From Clostridiales bacterium (GTDB lineage Bacteria > Bacillota > Clostridia > Oscillospirales > Oscillospiraceae): a stretch of 64,000 nucleotides of DNA. Below, piece by piece: positions 18,328 to 27,581 of the stretch. Position 1 is the first letter of the stretch. The number at the start of each line of letters is the position of its first letter. The translations under genes and the position numbers were made by a program. The notes under the pieces were generated by a model. That model worked only from the letters and a program-made list of their open reading frames with translations. It did no database searches and was not told the DNA's origin. The stretch is from contig SFHQ01000008.1 of the NCBI GenBank assembly GCA_004556345.1, forward strand, positions 16,540 through 80,539, read 5' to 3'.

Positions 18328-19851
18328 ATGCATTTATCTGCACTGCATGTCGTGGGCCTGGTGGCCACGATCTTGCTCATCATCGGCATCGGCGTCTATT
18401 CCGGGCGCAAGGTCAAGTCCGCCGCGGACTTTTCCAGCGGCGGCGGCAAGGCCGGGTCCTGGATCGTCTGCGGGGCCATCATGGGCACCCTGGTCAGCAG
18501 CCAGGCCACCATCGGCACGGCCCAGCTGGCCTTCAGCTACGGCATGTCCGCCTGGTGGTTCACCTTAGGCTCCGGCATCGGCTGCCTGATCTTAGCCCTG
18601 GGCTACGCGGCCCCCTTCCGCCGCAGCGGGTGCAAGACGCTGCTTCAGATCGTTTCGCAGGAATACGGCCCCACCGCCGAGACGGCGGGCAGCATCTTCT
18701 GCTCCATCGGCATCTTCATCAGCGTCGTGGCCCAGATCCTGGGGGCCACCGCCCTGCTGACCACCATCTTCCCCCTGAACCATCTCAGCGCCGCTCTCAT
18801 CTCCATCGCCCTCATGGCGTTCTACGTCATCTTCGGCGGCGTGTGGGGGGCCGGCATGGGGGGCGTGGCCAAGCTCATCCTGCTCTACGTCTCCGCCATC
18901 GTGGGCGGCATCCTGGTCTATGGCCTGGCCCACGGCTTCTCCGGCCTCCTGGAGACCCTGGAGAGCCTGCTCGTGAACTCCCCCCTGGGGTCTCTGAGCG
19001 ACCTGACCACCACCGAGAGCCTCCACCAGCGCTTTACCTCCCTCGTCGCCCGCGGCGCTTCCAAGGACATCGGCTCCGGCCTGTCCCTGATCCTGGGCGT
19101 TCTGTCCACCCAGACCTACGCCCAGGCCATCTGGTCGGCCAAGAGCGACAGCACCGCCCGAAAAGGCGCCCTGCTCAGCGCCCTGCTCATCCCGCCCATC
19201 GGCATCGCCTGCATTCTGATTGGCCTGTACATGCGCGGCCACTGCATCACGGCGGACGAGGTCGCGGCCCTGCAAGCCATGGGCCAGGCCATCCCCGAGG
19301 GGCTGATCCAGCTGGACTCCACGGCCCAGGTCTTCCCCGTCTTTGCCGCGACGTTCCTGCCCCATCTCATGGGCGGCATCGTCCTGGGAACGCTCTTCAT
19401 TACCGTCGTGGGCGGCGGCTCCGGCCTGGCCCTGGGCATGGCGTCCATCCTGGTCACGGATATTTTTGCCCGCAAGAGCAAGCGGGTGAAGGAATCCTCC
19501 CGCACCAACCTCATCGTCACCCGCAGCACCATCATGGTGATTTTGGTGGCGGCGGTGATCGTGGCGGTCCTGGTCCCCGGCGCGATGATCAACGACTTTG
19601 GCTTCCTGTCCATGGGCCTGCGGGGTGCCGTGGTGTTCCTGCCCATGTGCGGCGGGCTGTGGCTCAAGGGGAAGATCCCCGGCCGCTACGCCCTGGTGTC
19701 CATCTTCGCCGGGCCCATCGCCGTCCTGGCGGGCAACTTCCTGCCTCTGCCCTTCGACGCTCTCTTCCTGGGCATGGCCGTGTGCCTGGTCATTCTGGCC
19801 GTGGGCCTGGCCGCCGGGAAACACAACTCTGCCAACGTGTCTACGCACTGA
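18328..19851 (+). CDS. Sodium:solute symporter (SSS/PutP-PanF) family protein
   Basis: ATG 18328 after AGGGAGAGG; VKSAADF, TIGTAQLAF, YVIFGG; about 13 TM segments. Confidence 0.85.
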   Translation: MHLSALHVVGLVATILLIIGIGVYSGRKVKSAADFSSGGGKAGSWIVCGAIMGTLVSSQATIGTAQLAFSYGMSAWWFTLGSGIGCLILALGYAAPFRRSGCKTLLQIVSQEYGPTAETAGSIFCSIGIFISVVAQILGATALLTTIFPLNHLSAALISIALMAFYVIFGGVWGAGMGGVAKLILLYVSAIVGGILVYGLAHGFSGLLETLESLLVNSPLGSLSDLTTTESLHQRFTSLVARGASKDIGSGLSLILGVLSTQTYAQAIWSAKSDSTARKGALLSALLIPPIGIACILIGLYMRGHCITADEVAALQAMGQAIPEGLIQLDSTAQVFPVFAATFLPHLMGGIVLGTLFITVVGGGSGLALGMASILVTDIFARKSKRVKESSRTNLIVTRSTIMVILVAAVIVAVLVPGAMINDFGFLSMGLRGAVVFLPMCGGLWLKGKIPGRYALVSIFAGPIAVLAGNFLPLPFDALFLGMAVCLVILAVGLAAGKHNSANVSTH

Positions 19852-19864
19852 CTTAACTTGCATA

Positions 19865-19912
19865 CGCCGCCCCCGCCGGGAACAGCAGCCCGGCGGGGGC
19901 GGCGGCTATTTT
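19865..19912 (+). terminator. Intrinsic terminator
   Basis: cgccgcccccgccggg / cccggcgggggcggcg followed by ctatttt. Confidence 0.7.
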
Positions 19913-20000
19913 CTGGACAAATCCAGCCAAACTATGCTAAAATGATCTTACGAACCATTTCCGACCATCTCGACCCATCTCAACCGTCTCGAACCATTGC

Positions 20001-20026
20001 GTAGTGGCCGCAGACCCCTGCGGCCA
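20001..20026 (+). repeat. REP element with a compensatory stem change
   Basis: GTAG-TGGCCGCAG-ACCC-CTGCGGCCA: the outer G-C pair is replaced by T-A. Confidence 0.8.
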
Positions 20027-20072
20027 TTCCATCCACGCCTGATCTTACACTTCACAGAAAGGGGGGCTTCCC

Positions 20073-20852
20073 ATGCTCGGCGCTCTCATCGGCGACATCG
20101 CAGGCTCCATCTACGAGTGGCACAACCACAAATCCAAAGACTTTCCCTTCCTCCAGCCCCAGTGCCGCATGACGGACGACAGCATCATGACCACCGCCAT
20201 CGCCGCCGCCGTCTTAGAAGGCATCAACGACCTGGACGAATTCAAGGCCCACGTCATCACCCAGATGCGCGATTTCGGGGCCAGGTACCCCGGCCGGGGC
20301 TACGGCCCCCGGTTCGAGCGCTGGCTCGCCAGCCCCGACCCCCAGCCCTATCACAGCCTGGGCAACGGCAGCGCCATGCGCGTCTCCCCGGTGGCCTGGG
20401 CGGCGGAGAGCCTGCCCCAATGCCTGGCTTTGGCCAAGGCCTCGGCAGAGGTCACGCACGACCACCCGGACGGCATCGCCGGGGCCTGCGCCGTGGCGGG
20501 GGCGGTTTACCTGGCCCGCACCGGGGCGGACAAGGCCGCCATCGCCGACCACGTCACCCGCTATTATCCCCTGGGCTTCACCCTGGACGAGATCCGGGAC
20601 GAGTATCAATTCGACGTCTCCTGTGCGGGCAGCGTCCCCCAGGCCATGGAGGCGTTCCTGGAGGCCGAAAGCTTTGAAGACGCGGTACGCAACGCCATCT
20701 CCATCGGCGGCGACAGCGACACCATCGCCTGCATGGCGGGGTCCGTGGCGGCGGCGTTCTTCGGCATCCCCAAGGACATCCGGGAGGCGGCTCAGCCGTT
20801 TCTGGAGGGCGAGGTCAAGCGCGTCTATCAGGCCTTCATCCAACGCTACTGA
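20073..20852 (+). CDS. ADP-ribosylglycohydrolase family protein
   Basis: MLGALIGDIAGS, TDDS, GNGSAMR, VTHDHP, GGDSDTIA. Confidence 0.92.
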   Translation: MLGALIGDIAGSIYEWHNHKSKDFPFLQPQCRMTDDSIMTTAIAAAVLEGINDLDEFKAHVITQMRDFGARYPGRGYGPRFERWLASPDPQPYHSLGNGSAMRVSPVAWAAESLPQCLALAKASAEVTHDHPDGIAGACAVAGAVYLARTGADKAAIADHVTRYYPLGFTLDEIRDEYQFDVSCAGSVPQAMEAFLEAESFEDAVRNAISIGGDSDTIACMAGSVAAAFFGIPKDIREAAQPFLEGEVKRVYQAFIQRY

Positions 20853-20869
20853 ACAGGAGGACACACACC

Positions 20870-21346
20870 ATGTGGAACACCACGCTCTGCTACATCGAGC
20901 GCCAGGGGCAGTACCTCATGCTCCACCGCGTCAAGAAAGAAAACGACATCAACAAGGACAAGTGGATCGGCATCGGCGGCAAGTTCGAGGACAAGGAAAG
21001 CCCCGAAGAGTGCCTCGTCCGCGAGGTCCGGGAGGAGACGGGCCTCATCCTCACGGACTACACCTACCGGGGCCTGGTCACCTTCGTCTCCGACCGCTGG
21101 GTCACGGAGTACATGCACCTCTTCACCGCCCGCACCGACCAGGCAGACTTCATCGACTGCGACGAGGGGGACTTAGAGTGGGTGGACAAGGACAAGGTCA
21201 AAGACCTGCCCATCTGGACGGGAGATAAAATTTTCCTGGACCTGCTGAACCAGGACGTCCCCTTCTTCTCCCTCAAGCTCTCGTATGTGGGTGACACGCT
21301 GGTGGAGGCAGTGCTGAACGGGAAGGCGATCGGGACGGAGGTTTAA
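20870..21346 (+). CDS. NUDIX hydrolase, 8-oxo-dGTP diphosphatase (MutT/MutX-like)
   Basis: Nudix box GGKFEDKESPEECLVREVREETG; CDEGDLEW, LPIWTGD. Confidence 0.9.
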   Translation: MWNTTLCYIERQGQYLMLHRVKKENDINKDKWIGIGGKFEDKESPEECLVREVREETGLILTDYTYRGLVTFVSDRWVTEYMHLFTARTDQADFIDCDEGDLEWVDKDKVKDLPIWTGDKIFLDLLNQDVPFFSLKLSYVGDTLVEAVLNGKAIGTEV

Positions 21347-21777
21347 CCCTCCCGGTACTCCAAATTGACCACCACAATGTTGTCGTAAACTGCCATCCCC
21401 GACCCGATGCTGGCGTAGTAAGTAAACGGCACGGCGGCCTGTGATCTCTCTTCGTTGTACGAGATGCCCGCTGCATTCAGCTCCGTGTCCTGCTGGATCG
21501 AAACCCAACCCTCCACGGCTCTCACCCGAACGCTGTCCACGCTGGTGATGGCATCCCCCTCGTAGTGGAAATAGACCGTGGCCAGGGCCTTGAGGGGGTC
21601 ATTCTCTCCCGACGTGAGAAGGTCTGTGTATATTCCCGTTCCGTCGTCGTTGAGCTGGAGCTTGGGCGTTGTCTCCGCAGGAGGTGTCGTCTCTTCTGCG
21701 CCGCAGGCAGAAAGACAAACCAGCAAAAGCAGGCTCAAAAAACCTACGCTGAGGGTCTTGCCAAGGTTCATGTTCAT
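21343..21777 (-). CDS. Hypothetical lipoprotein
   Basis: 144 aa with signal peptide ending in lipobox LSAC; RBS AAAGGAG. Confidence 0.7.
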   Translation of the reverse strand: MNMNLGKTLSVGFLSLLLLVCLSACGAEETTPPAETTPKLQLNDDGTGIYTDLLTSGENDPLKALATVYFHYEGDAITSVDSVRVRAVEGWVSIQQDTELNAAGISYNEERSQAAVPFTYYASIGSGMAVYDNIVVVNLEYREG

Positions 21778-21790
21778 ACGCAGCTCCTTT

Positions 21791-21990
21791 CCAGGTCTTC
21801 GACGGACGTTTCTTCTCTCGCCTAGTCTGATCTTTTCTGGTCTAAACTAGCCTAATCTAGTCTAATCTATACTGGGTTTCCCGCTGGTTGCCAGTTGGTA
21901 TCCCAGGTTTCCTCCGGACGTTTCTTTTCTAGCCTACTCTAACCTACACTAACCTAACCTAATCTATCCTAACCTAACCTATACTAACCT
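21791..21990. repeat. Two degenerate 112-bp-period units, each carrying an (AACCT)n-like pentamer tract
   Basis: ccaggt..cggacgtttctt at 21791 and 21903, each followed by 5-bp periodic aacct/aatct/agcct runs ending in ctatact. Confidence 0.7.
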
Positions 21991-22188
21991 GTGTCAACAG
22001 GATGTCGACATCACGTCGGCAAATTGTCGACAAAACGGGGGACGAAGCGGGCAAACGGCGGCGGGCAAACACGTTCTTCCTACCTTCTAGTATACCAGAA
22101 AACCCCACCTGCCACAATGCAACAACAAAAAGTTTTTGAGAAAAAATATCGGCACGCAGAGGGTGCTTCTGCGTGCCGAGTTTTCCGT

Positions 22189-22644
22189 TCAAATGCTAAA
22201 GAAGAACGGCCGGTCATTGATCAGCTCTTCGAGCTGCGACTCGCCGTACACCTCCACGCCCTTCTTTTTGAGCATCTGGGCCATGAGGCCGTCGCCCTCT
22301 GTGAGGGTGTGGGTGAAGGTGCCGTCGTAGATCTGCCCGCTGCCGCAGGAGGGGCTGCGCTCTTTGAGCAGGGCGGCCTTGCAGTGGTAGAGGTCGCACA
22401 GGCGCAGGGCCTCGGCGGTGCCGCGGAGGAATTGCTCGGTCACGTCCCGGCCGTCCTCCGTGACGATCTTGCCGCCCAGGCGCTCGGCGGGACAGCGGGG
22501 CGTGGGCAGGCCCCCCAGCTGCTCCGGGCAGACGGGGATGCAGGTGTGCTCTTTGAGCAGGCGTTTGTACTGGGGCAGCTGGTTGGACTTGCCGTCGTAG
22601 CGGCAGCCCACGCCCAGGAGACAGGCGCTCACGAGTAGTTTCAT
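22189..22644 (-). CDS. DUF523 / 2-thiouracil desulfurase (TudS-like) protein
   Basis: VSACLLG, CRYDG, VCPEQLGGL, LKERSPSCG. Confidence 0.9.
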   Translation of the reverse strand: MKLLVSACLLGVGCRYDGKSNQLPQYKRLLKEHTCIPVCPEQLGGLPTPRCPAERLGGKIVTEDGRDVTEQFLRGTAEALRLCDLYHCKAALLKERSPSCGSGQIYDGTFTHTLTEGDGLMAQMLKKKGVEVYGESQLEELINDRPFFFSI

Positions 22645-22654
22645 CGGCCCGCCC

Positions 22655-23008
22655 TCAGCCCAGGGTCTCGGCCCACTGGTCCTCTTTGAAGCCGACGAGG
22701 ACCTTGTTGTCGTCGGTGATGAGGATGGGGCGCTTGACCAGCATCCCGTCGGAGGCCAGCAGGGCATATTGCTCGGCGTCGCTCATCCCCGGCAGCTTTT
22801 TGGAAAGCTCCAGGGAGCGGTAGAGCTGGCCGCTGGTGTTGAAGAATTTTTTCAGGGGCAGACCGCTGGCCTGGTGCCACAGCTCCAGCTCGGCCAGGTC
22901 GGGGTTATCGGTCTTGATGTCCCGAATGTCATAGTCCACGTCATGTTCGTCCAGCCACTTCTGGGCCTTGCGGCAGGTGGAGCACTTGGGGTAGCATAAA
23001 AACAGCAT
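22655..23008 (-). CDS. ArsC/Spx family protein
   Basis: YPKCSTCRKA, FFNTSG, MLVKRP, VGF. Confidence 0.9.
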   Translation of the reverse strand: MLFLCYPKCSTCRKAQKWLDEHDVDYDIRDIKTDNPDLAELELWHQASGLPLKKFFNTSGQLYRSLELSKKLPGMSDAEQYALLASDGMLVKRPILITDDNKVLVGFKEDQWAETLG

Positions 23009-23182
23009 CGTCTTGACCTCCTGTGTCTAGTATGGTTTCTCATGGCCTATGATAGCCGACCCGACGCCAAATTGCAAGACCCGTCCTTGACAGACCGGCC
23101 GGGGGGATGCTATCCTAACCCCGTAAGGGCCGGGACCCGATCCACTCCCCCCGGCTCAAATTTGAAAGGAGCTGAGGTTTCT

Positions 23183-23530
23183 TTGCGAACCGGAACCAAA
23201 TCCATGCGTGTCGCAGGCGCTCTCCAGGTGTTCATGGGCACGTCCATCCTGCTCACCATTTCGGGCATCTTCTCCTCGGACCAGGCCGGGCTGCTGGCCC
23301 TGTTTTATGTCTGCGGCGCATTTCAGTTGGCCTGCGGCATCATCGCCCTGGCCCTGTCCAAGAAGAAGACGAAGATCCCCATCGTCCTGGGCGTGCTGCT
23401 GTTCATCCCCCAGGCCCTGCGCTTCCTGCTGCCCAGTTCGGGGACGATCTCCATCGTCATCAACGCCGTGTCCTTCGTTGTCCCGGCCTACTACCTGCTC
23501 AGCGCTTACTTAAACTATCGGGACGACTGA
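23183..23530 (+). CDS. Hypothetical small membrane protein (about 4 TM)
   Basis: Hydrophobic ORF with host-like codon usage; TTG 23183 (or ATG 23204) after AAAGGAG/GAGGT; TTGACA..TATCCT at 23087-23116. Confidence 0.65.
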   Translation: MRTGTKSMRVAGALQVFMGTSILLTISGIFSSDQAGLLALFYVCGAFQLACGIIALALSKKKTKIPIVLGVLLFIPQALRFLLPSSGTISIVINAVSFVVPAYYLLSAYLNYRDD

Positions 23531-23560
23531 TGTGATCCACACGACCGCTGTCAGTGGGAG

Positions 23561-23586
23561 GTAGGGGCCGCAGACCCCTGCGGCCC
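23561..23586 (+). repeat. REP element
   Basis: Exact GTAGGGGCCGCAGACCCCTGCGGCCC, intergenic. Confidence 0.85.
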
Positions 23587-23634
23587 AGGCCCCCGGCCCC
23601 ACCTCCCAGAACCCCCAGAAAGGAGGCCCCCTCC

Positions 23635-24849
23635 ATGAAAGCCAAAAAATTCCTTGCTCTCCTCTGCGCCGTGGCGGTGGGCCTCACTTTGCTGGTCCTG
23701 CCGTCCTCGGCCACGGGGAGCCTGTTCTTCCTGTCCCTGAACGACACCCTCCCCGCCCAGTCGGTCCAGACGGCCCCCATCCAGTCCAGCGGCTGGGTCT
23801 ACGTCCCCACGGGCGTCTTCAACAGCCGGACCACCGGCATCAACTTCGGCGTGTACTACGGCCTCACCGACAACAACGAGAGCCTGGTCCTCTATAACCT
23901 CTCCGGCAAGACCATGACCTTCCACCTGGACACGGACACCGCCACCACCTCCACCGGCGAGACGCCCGTCCCCGGCCGGGTCCTCCGGCAGAACGGGCAG
24001 TATTACGTCCCGGCCTATGCCGTCTGCCGCTTCTTCGGCCTGACCTATTCGTTTTACAGCACGGACTACGGCCCCCTGCTGCGCATCAAGGACAGCAACG
24101 CCGTCCTGAACGACACGCTTTTTCTCAGCTCTGCCGCCTCCATCCTGCGCAGCCGGACCAACAGCCAGGTCTTCAATAACAACAACAATAATAACAACAA
24201 CAACGGCAATTCGGCGTCAACGCCCTCTACCCCCAGCACACCCACGACCCCGACCGTTCCCACGACCCCGACCCAGCCGACCACGCCCAGCGACCCCGTG
24301 ACCCCGGACGTGCCCGACACCGCCGAACCGGCCCCGACCTTCTCCCTCTACCTGGCCGTCCGCGCCCAGGCGGGGGAAGACATCACGGCCACCCTCAACG
24401 CCGTCCTGAGTACCGGGGCCATCCCCGTCGTCTTCTTCCCGGCGGACCAGGTGACCCAGTGCGCCGACCAAGTCCGGCAGGCCGCCGGGCGGGGCTGTCA
24501 CGTGGGCCTCATCCCCGGCGGGGACAGCGGCCAGGCCAAGCTCGCCAGCGTCCAGACCGGCAGCAAAGCCCTGGCCGCCATCCTGCGGCAGGAGACCTGG
24601 TTCGTCCTGGGCGAGGACGAGACCCTGGCCAACGCAGGCTATCTCTGCTGGAGCCCTTCCCTCTCCTTCCAGACCATCTCCAACGCCACCACCGTCTACA
24701 ACAGCCTCATCCAGTCCGGCGAGAACGCCTCGGCCCCCCTGCGCCTCCTCTTCCGCACCCAAACCAACGCCAGCGCCCTGGCGGGGGTGCTGAACCAGCT
24801 CAAGGCCGATGGCGACACCTTCCTGGCCGTGCGGGAGACGAAGTATTGA
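23635..24849 (+). CDS. Secreted protein with stalk-like N-domain, poly-Asn/Pro-Thr linker and degenerate polysaccharide deacetylase-like domain
   Basis: RBS AAAGGAGG; signal peptide; YVP...FFG motif; C-terminal YLAV..VVFF..QVRQAAGRGCHVGL resembles the NodB fold. Confidence 0.6.
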   Translation: MKAKKFLALLCAVAVGLTLLVLPSSATGSLFFLSLNDTLPAQSVQTAPIQSSGWVYVPTGVFNSRTTGINFGVYYGLTDNNESLVLYNLSGKTMTFHLDTDTATTSTGETPVPGRVLRQNGQYYVPAYAVCRFFGLTYSFYSTDYGPLLRIKDSNAVLNDTLFLSSAASILRSRTNSQVFNNNNNNNNNNGNSASTPSTPSTPTTPTVPTTPTQPTTPSDPVTPDVPDTAEPAPTFSLYLAVRAQAGEDITATLNAVLSTGAIPVVFFPADQVTQCADQVRQAAGRGCHVGLIPGGDSGQAKLASVQTGSKALAAILRQETWFVLGEDETLANAGYLCWSPSLSFQTISNATTVYNSLIQSGENASAPLRLLFRTQTNASALAGVLNQLKADGDTFLAVRETKY

Positions 24850-24924
24850 ATGACCACTTGCGTACATAAGGCGCCCCCGTACCTTCCACAGGCACGGGGG
24901 CGCTTGGTATCTCCGTGTAGACGT

Positions 24925-25680
24925 TCAATCCCGCAGCTTCAGCAGGTCCCATCTGGAGGACACCCCGCACTTTCGATAGAGATTCTGCAAGTGCTTGAGC
25001 AGGGTGTTCTTGCTGATGGTCAGCTTTGCCAGGATCTCCTCGTTGTTCCAATCCTGAAACACCAGGCCCAGGACCTCCCCCTCTCGCCGGGTCAGGTCAT
25101 AGGTCCGGATGATCTCTTCCAGGCTTCGGGTCTGTTTCGGCTGGTTGTCCTCGTTCTGCTTGCAGGTCCAGCAGGCCAGGTCGATGTGGTTGGCCAGGGC
25201 GCGGAGGTAGAAGGCCTCCTGGTCGGTGAAGAGGCCGTCCCCCCGCGTGCGGTAGAGGGCCAGGCGGCCCATGGCCTGCCCGGCGTAGGTGATGTTCATC
25301 TGCATGCAGTCGTGGACGTGGTAGGCCGTGTACAGCTCCCGGTAGCTGGCAGCGGAGAAGCGCTTGTCACCGGACAAGATCTCGCTGTCCCGCACGACCA
25401 TGGACTCCGGCGCGTGGCTGAGCCAGGCGGTGTAGGCCTTGTCGATGCGTCCCAGCCAGGCGTTCTCCACCTCCCGGAAGTTCTGTGGCTTGCAGTAGGG
25501 GTCCCGGTGGATGAGCTCCCCCGTCTCCGGGTCGGTCTGGATGGCGATGAGGCTGGCGTAGGTATAGGGGATGATGAGCTTGACCTGGGCCAGCAGGGTG
25601 GGGCGAAATTCCTCCAGCGTCCGGCAGGCGTGGATGCGGTAGATGATCTCGTTGTACAATAAAAAGTCGTTTTTTTCCAT
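24925..25680 (-). CDS. LuxR-family transcriptional regulator with GAF-like sensor region
   Basis: C-terminal LTRREGEVLGLV...NEEI...ISKNTLLKHLQNLYRKCGVSSR; ATG 25680 after GGAGG. Confidence 0.85.
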   Translation of the reverse strand: MEKNDFLLYNEIIYRIHACRTLEEFRPTLLAQVKLIIPYTYASLIAIQTDPETGELIHRDPYCKPQNFREVENAWLGRIDKAYTAWLSHAPESMVVRDSEILSGDKRFSAASYRELYTAYHVHDCMQMNITYAGQAMGRLALYRTRGDGLFTDQEAFYLRALANHIDLACWTCKQNEDNQPKQTRSLEEIIRTYDLTRREGEVLGLVFQDWNNEEILAKLTISKNTLLKHLQNLYRKCGVSSRWDLLKLRD

Positions 25681-25849
25681 AGGGGTCCTCCAGCGGGATG
25701 CGTGTGCTTTCTGATACTTAATTTTATCCCCTTCCCCAACTAAAATCAAGCACTTTTTACCGGGGTTCAAGTACCCTTTCTCAGCAAAAATTTCAAATTC
25801 ACTAAAATTAAGCATTGCTTTTTTGTTCGTTTTCCTGTATTATAAACAA

Positions 25850-25985
25850 GACAAGAGGAGAAGCCAGTGAGTAGGCTGTTCCCTCTGCCCCTTTTCTAAT
25901 CTTTCTCTTTGTGATTGAGATTACTTTCCTTTCTTTTCCGAAAGCGTCCTCCCGCCAGTTGGTCAGGCGGGAGGGCGTTTTTGGT
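25850..25985 (+). ncRNA. Candidate small RNA (about 135 nt)
   Basis: TTGCTT-17-TATTAT promoter at 25815-25843, 5' hairpin, CU-rich tract, strong terminator at 25942-25982, no ORF. Confidence 0.5.
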
Positions 25986-26127
25986 TTTTCTGCTCAAAAA
26001 TAATTCTTTCTTCTTATTTCAAATAATTATTTTCATGGTTCTATGCCATTGTTTTTTGCCTCTCTCTGACGTAGGATAGCCATAGCGATCCCCCCATGAT
26101 GCCACACCATGTCAGGAGGTGTTCCCC

Positions 26128-27027
26128 ATGACGGAGAACAAGAAGCCGACCCTAGGCCCTTTCTCTCGGACGCATGTCGCCGTGTGCTGCATTCTGGCAG
26201 CCGGGACGATGTGGGGCTGCCAGGGGCTGCCCAGCCGCGCCTTGGCGGGCTTAGGCATGCCCGCCCTGCCCATCATGGTCCTGCGTGATCTCGGCGGCGC
26301 GGCGCTGCTGGCGCTGCTCTTTCTCCTGACGGACCGCGCGGCCTTCCGCGTCCGCCTGCGGGAGCTGCCCCTCTTGTCCCTCATGGGCATGAGCGGCGTG
26401 CTGGGCATGAACCTGCTCTATTACCGCAGCCAGCAGGTCTCCTCCCTGGCCGTGGCGGCGATCCTTCTGTATACAGCCCCAAGCATCGTCGTGCTCTTCT
26501 CCACTTTGATCTGGAAGGACCCGCTCACCAAGCGCAAGCTCTGCGCCCTGGGCCTGGCCTTTCTGGGCTGCAGCTTTGTGGCGGGCCTCTTAAACGGCTC
26601 CCTGTCCCTCTCCGTCCAAGGTCTGCTCCTCGGCCTGGGCACGGCGCTGACCTACGCCTCCTACACGCTCTTTGGCCGAAAAGCCCTCACCTGGCACGGG
26701 GCGCTGACCGTGCTGTTTTACGCCCTGCTCTTTGCGGGCCTGGGGGCCTTGGTCCTGTGTCCGACCCAAGAGTTGGCCCTGCTCGTCACGACCTCCGGGG
26801 CCATCCCGCAGACCCTCTGCATGATGCTCTTCGCCACCGTCCTGCCCTATGTGCTGTACACCAAGGCCCTGGCCTGGCTGGACGACAGCGGCAAGGCCGC
26901 GATCCTGGCCTCGGTGGAGCCGGTGGTGGCCGCTCTGCTGGGCATCGTGGCCTTCGGCGAGCCGCTGACCCTGGGCGTCGCCCTGGGCCTGGTCTGCGTG
27001 CTGGGCGCGGTGGTCCTGCTGAAATAA
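26128..27027 (+). CDS. DMT/EamA family transporter
   Basis: About 10 TM segments in two EamA repeats (LLYTAP, ASVEPVVA..GE); RBS AGGAGG. Confidence 0.88.
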   Translation: MTENKKPTLGPFSRTHVAVCCILAAGTMWGCQGLPSRALAGLGMPALPIMVLRDLGGAALLALLFLLTDRAAFRVRLRELPLLSLMGMSGVLGMNLLYYRSQQVSSLAVAAILLYTAPSIVVLFSTLIWKDPLTKRKLCALGLAFLGCSFVAGLLNGSLSLSVQGLLLGLGTALTYASYTLFGRKALTWHGALTVLFYALLFAGLGALVLCPTQELALLVTTSGAIPQTLCMMLFATVLPYVLYTKALAWLDDSGKAAILASVEPVVAALLGIVAFGEPLTLGVALGLVCVLGAVVLLK

Positions 27028-27166
27028 GCCCCTTCTTGATTCCCTCTTGTTTTACTTATCTATGATCCTATTCGTTCTTATATTTAAGTAGGAATAACAG
27101 CGCACAAGTAAAGAGTTTATCAGTTTTTGTCATTGAGTCCCGGAACCAAATGGAGTATGATACAAC

Positions 27167-27465
27167 TCGCGCCAAGGAACGGCGATGACCTCCCCGGTTT
27201 TTGGCGCATCTTACTCACACAGAATATACGCATCCCCTCGCACAGAACCAACGCACACGGGCGCTGCCGCACCGGCCTGACGGGACCTTCTTCCACCCCC
27301 ACACGGCCCTCTCTTCTTCCTACTTCTGCGGCTCCGCCCCCGACTACGCAGCTGTGCCAAGACAGGCACCGCCGCCGTTTGGTACCATCCACCGATTTAT
27401 CTCCCTTACCTCATTTTCTTCCATAGACAGCCCCCTCACTGCGCAGAAACAGTGGGGGGTGCTCT
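27167..27465 (+). ncRNA. Candidate non-coding RNA (about 300 nt)
   Basis: TTGAGT-17-TATGAT at 27133-27161, 5' hairpin, several CU-rich tracts, 3' hairpin at 27431-27460; no convincing ORF. Confidence 0.35.
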
Positions 27466-27581
27466 ACGTTTAGCGGGAAATTTTTCCCCGCTCCGATCTA
27501 CTGCAAAATGATAAGGCGTCTGACCCAGCCGACGGCCTGTGACGCCTTGCTTTCTCTGACCGGCCAAGGAGGGCCCACCGC

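Noticed and set aside
21930..21990. Eukaryotic TTAGG telomere contamination
   Set aside because: The tract is short, degenerate and embedded in continuous bacterial sequence.
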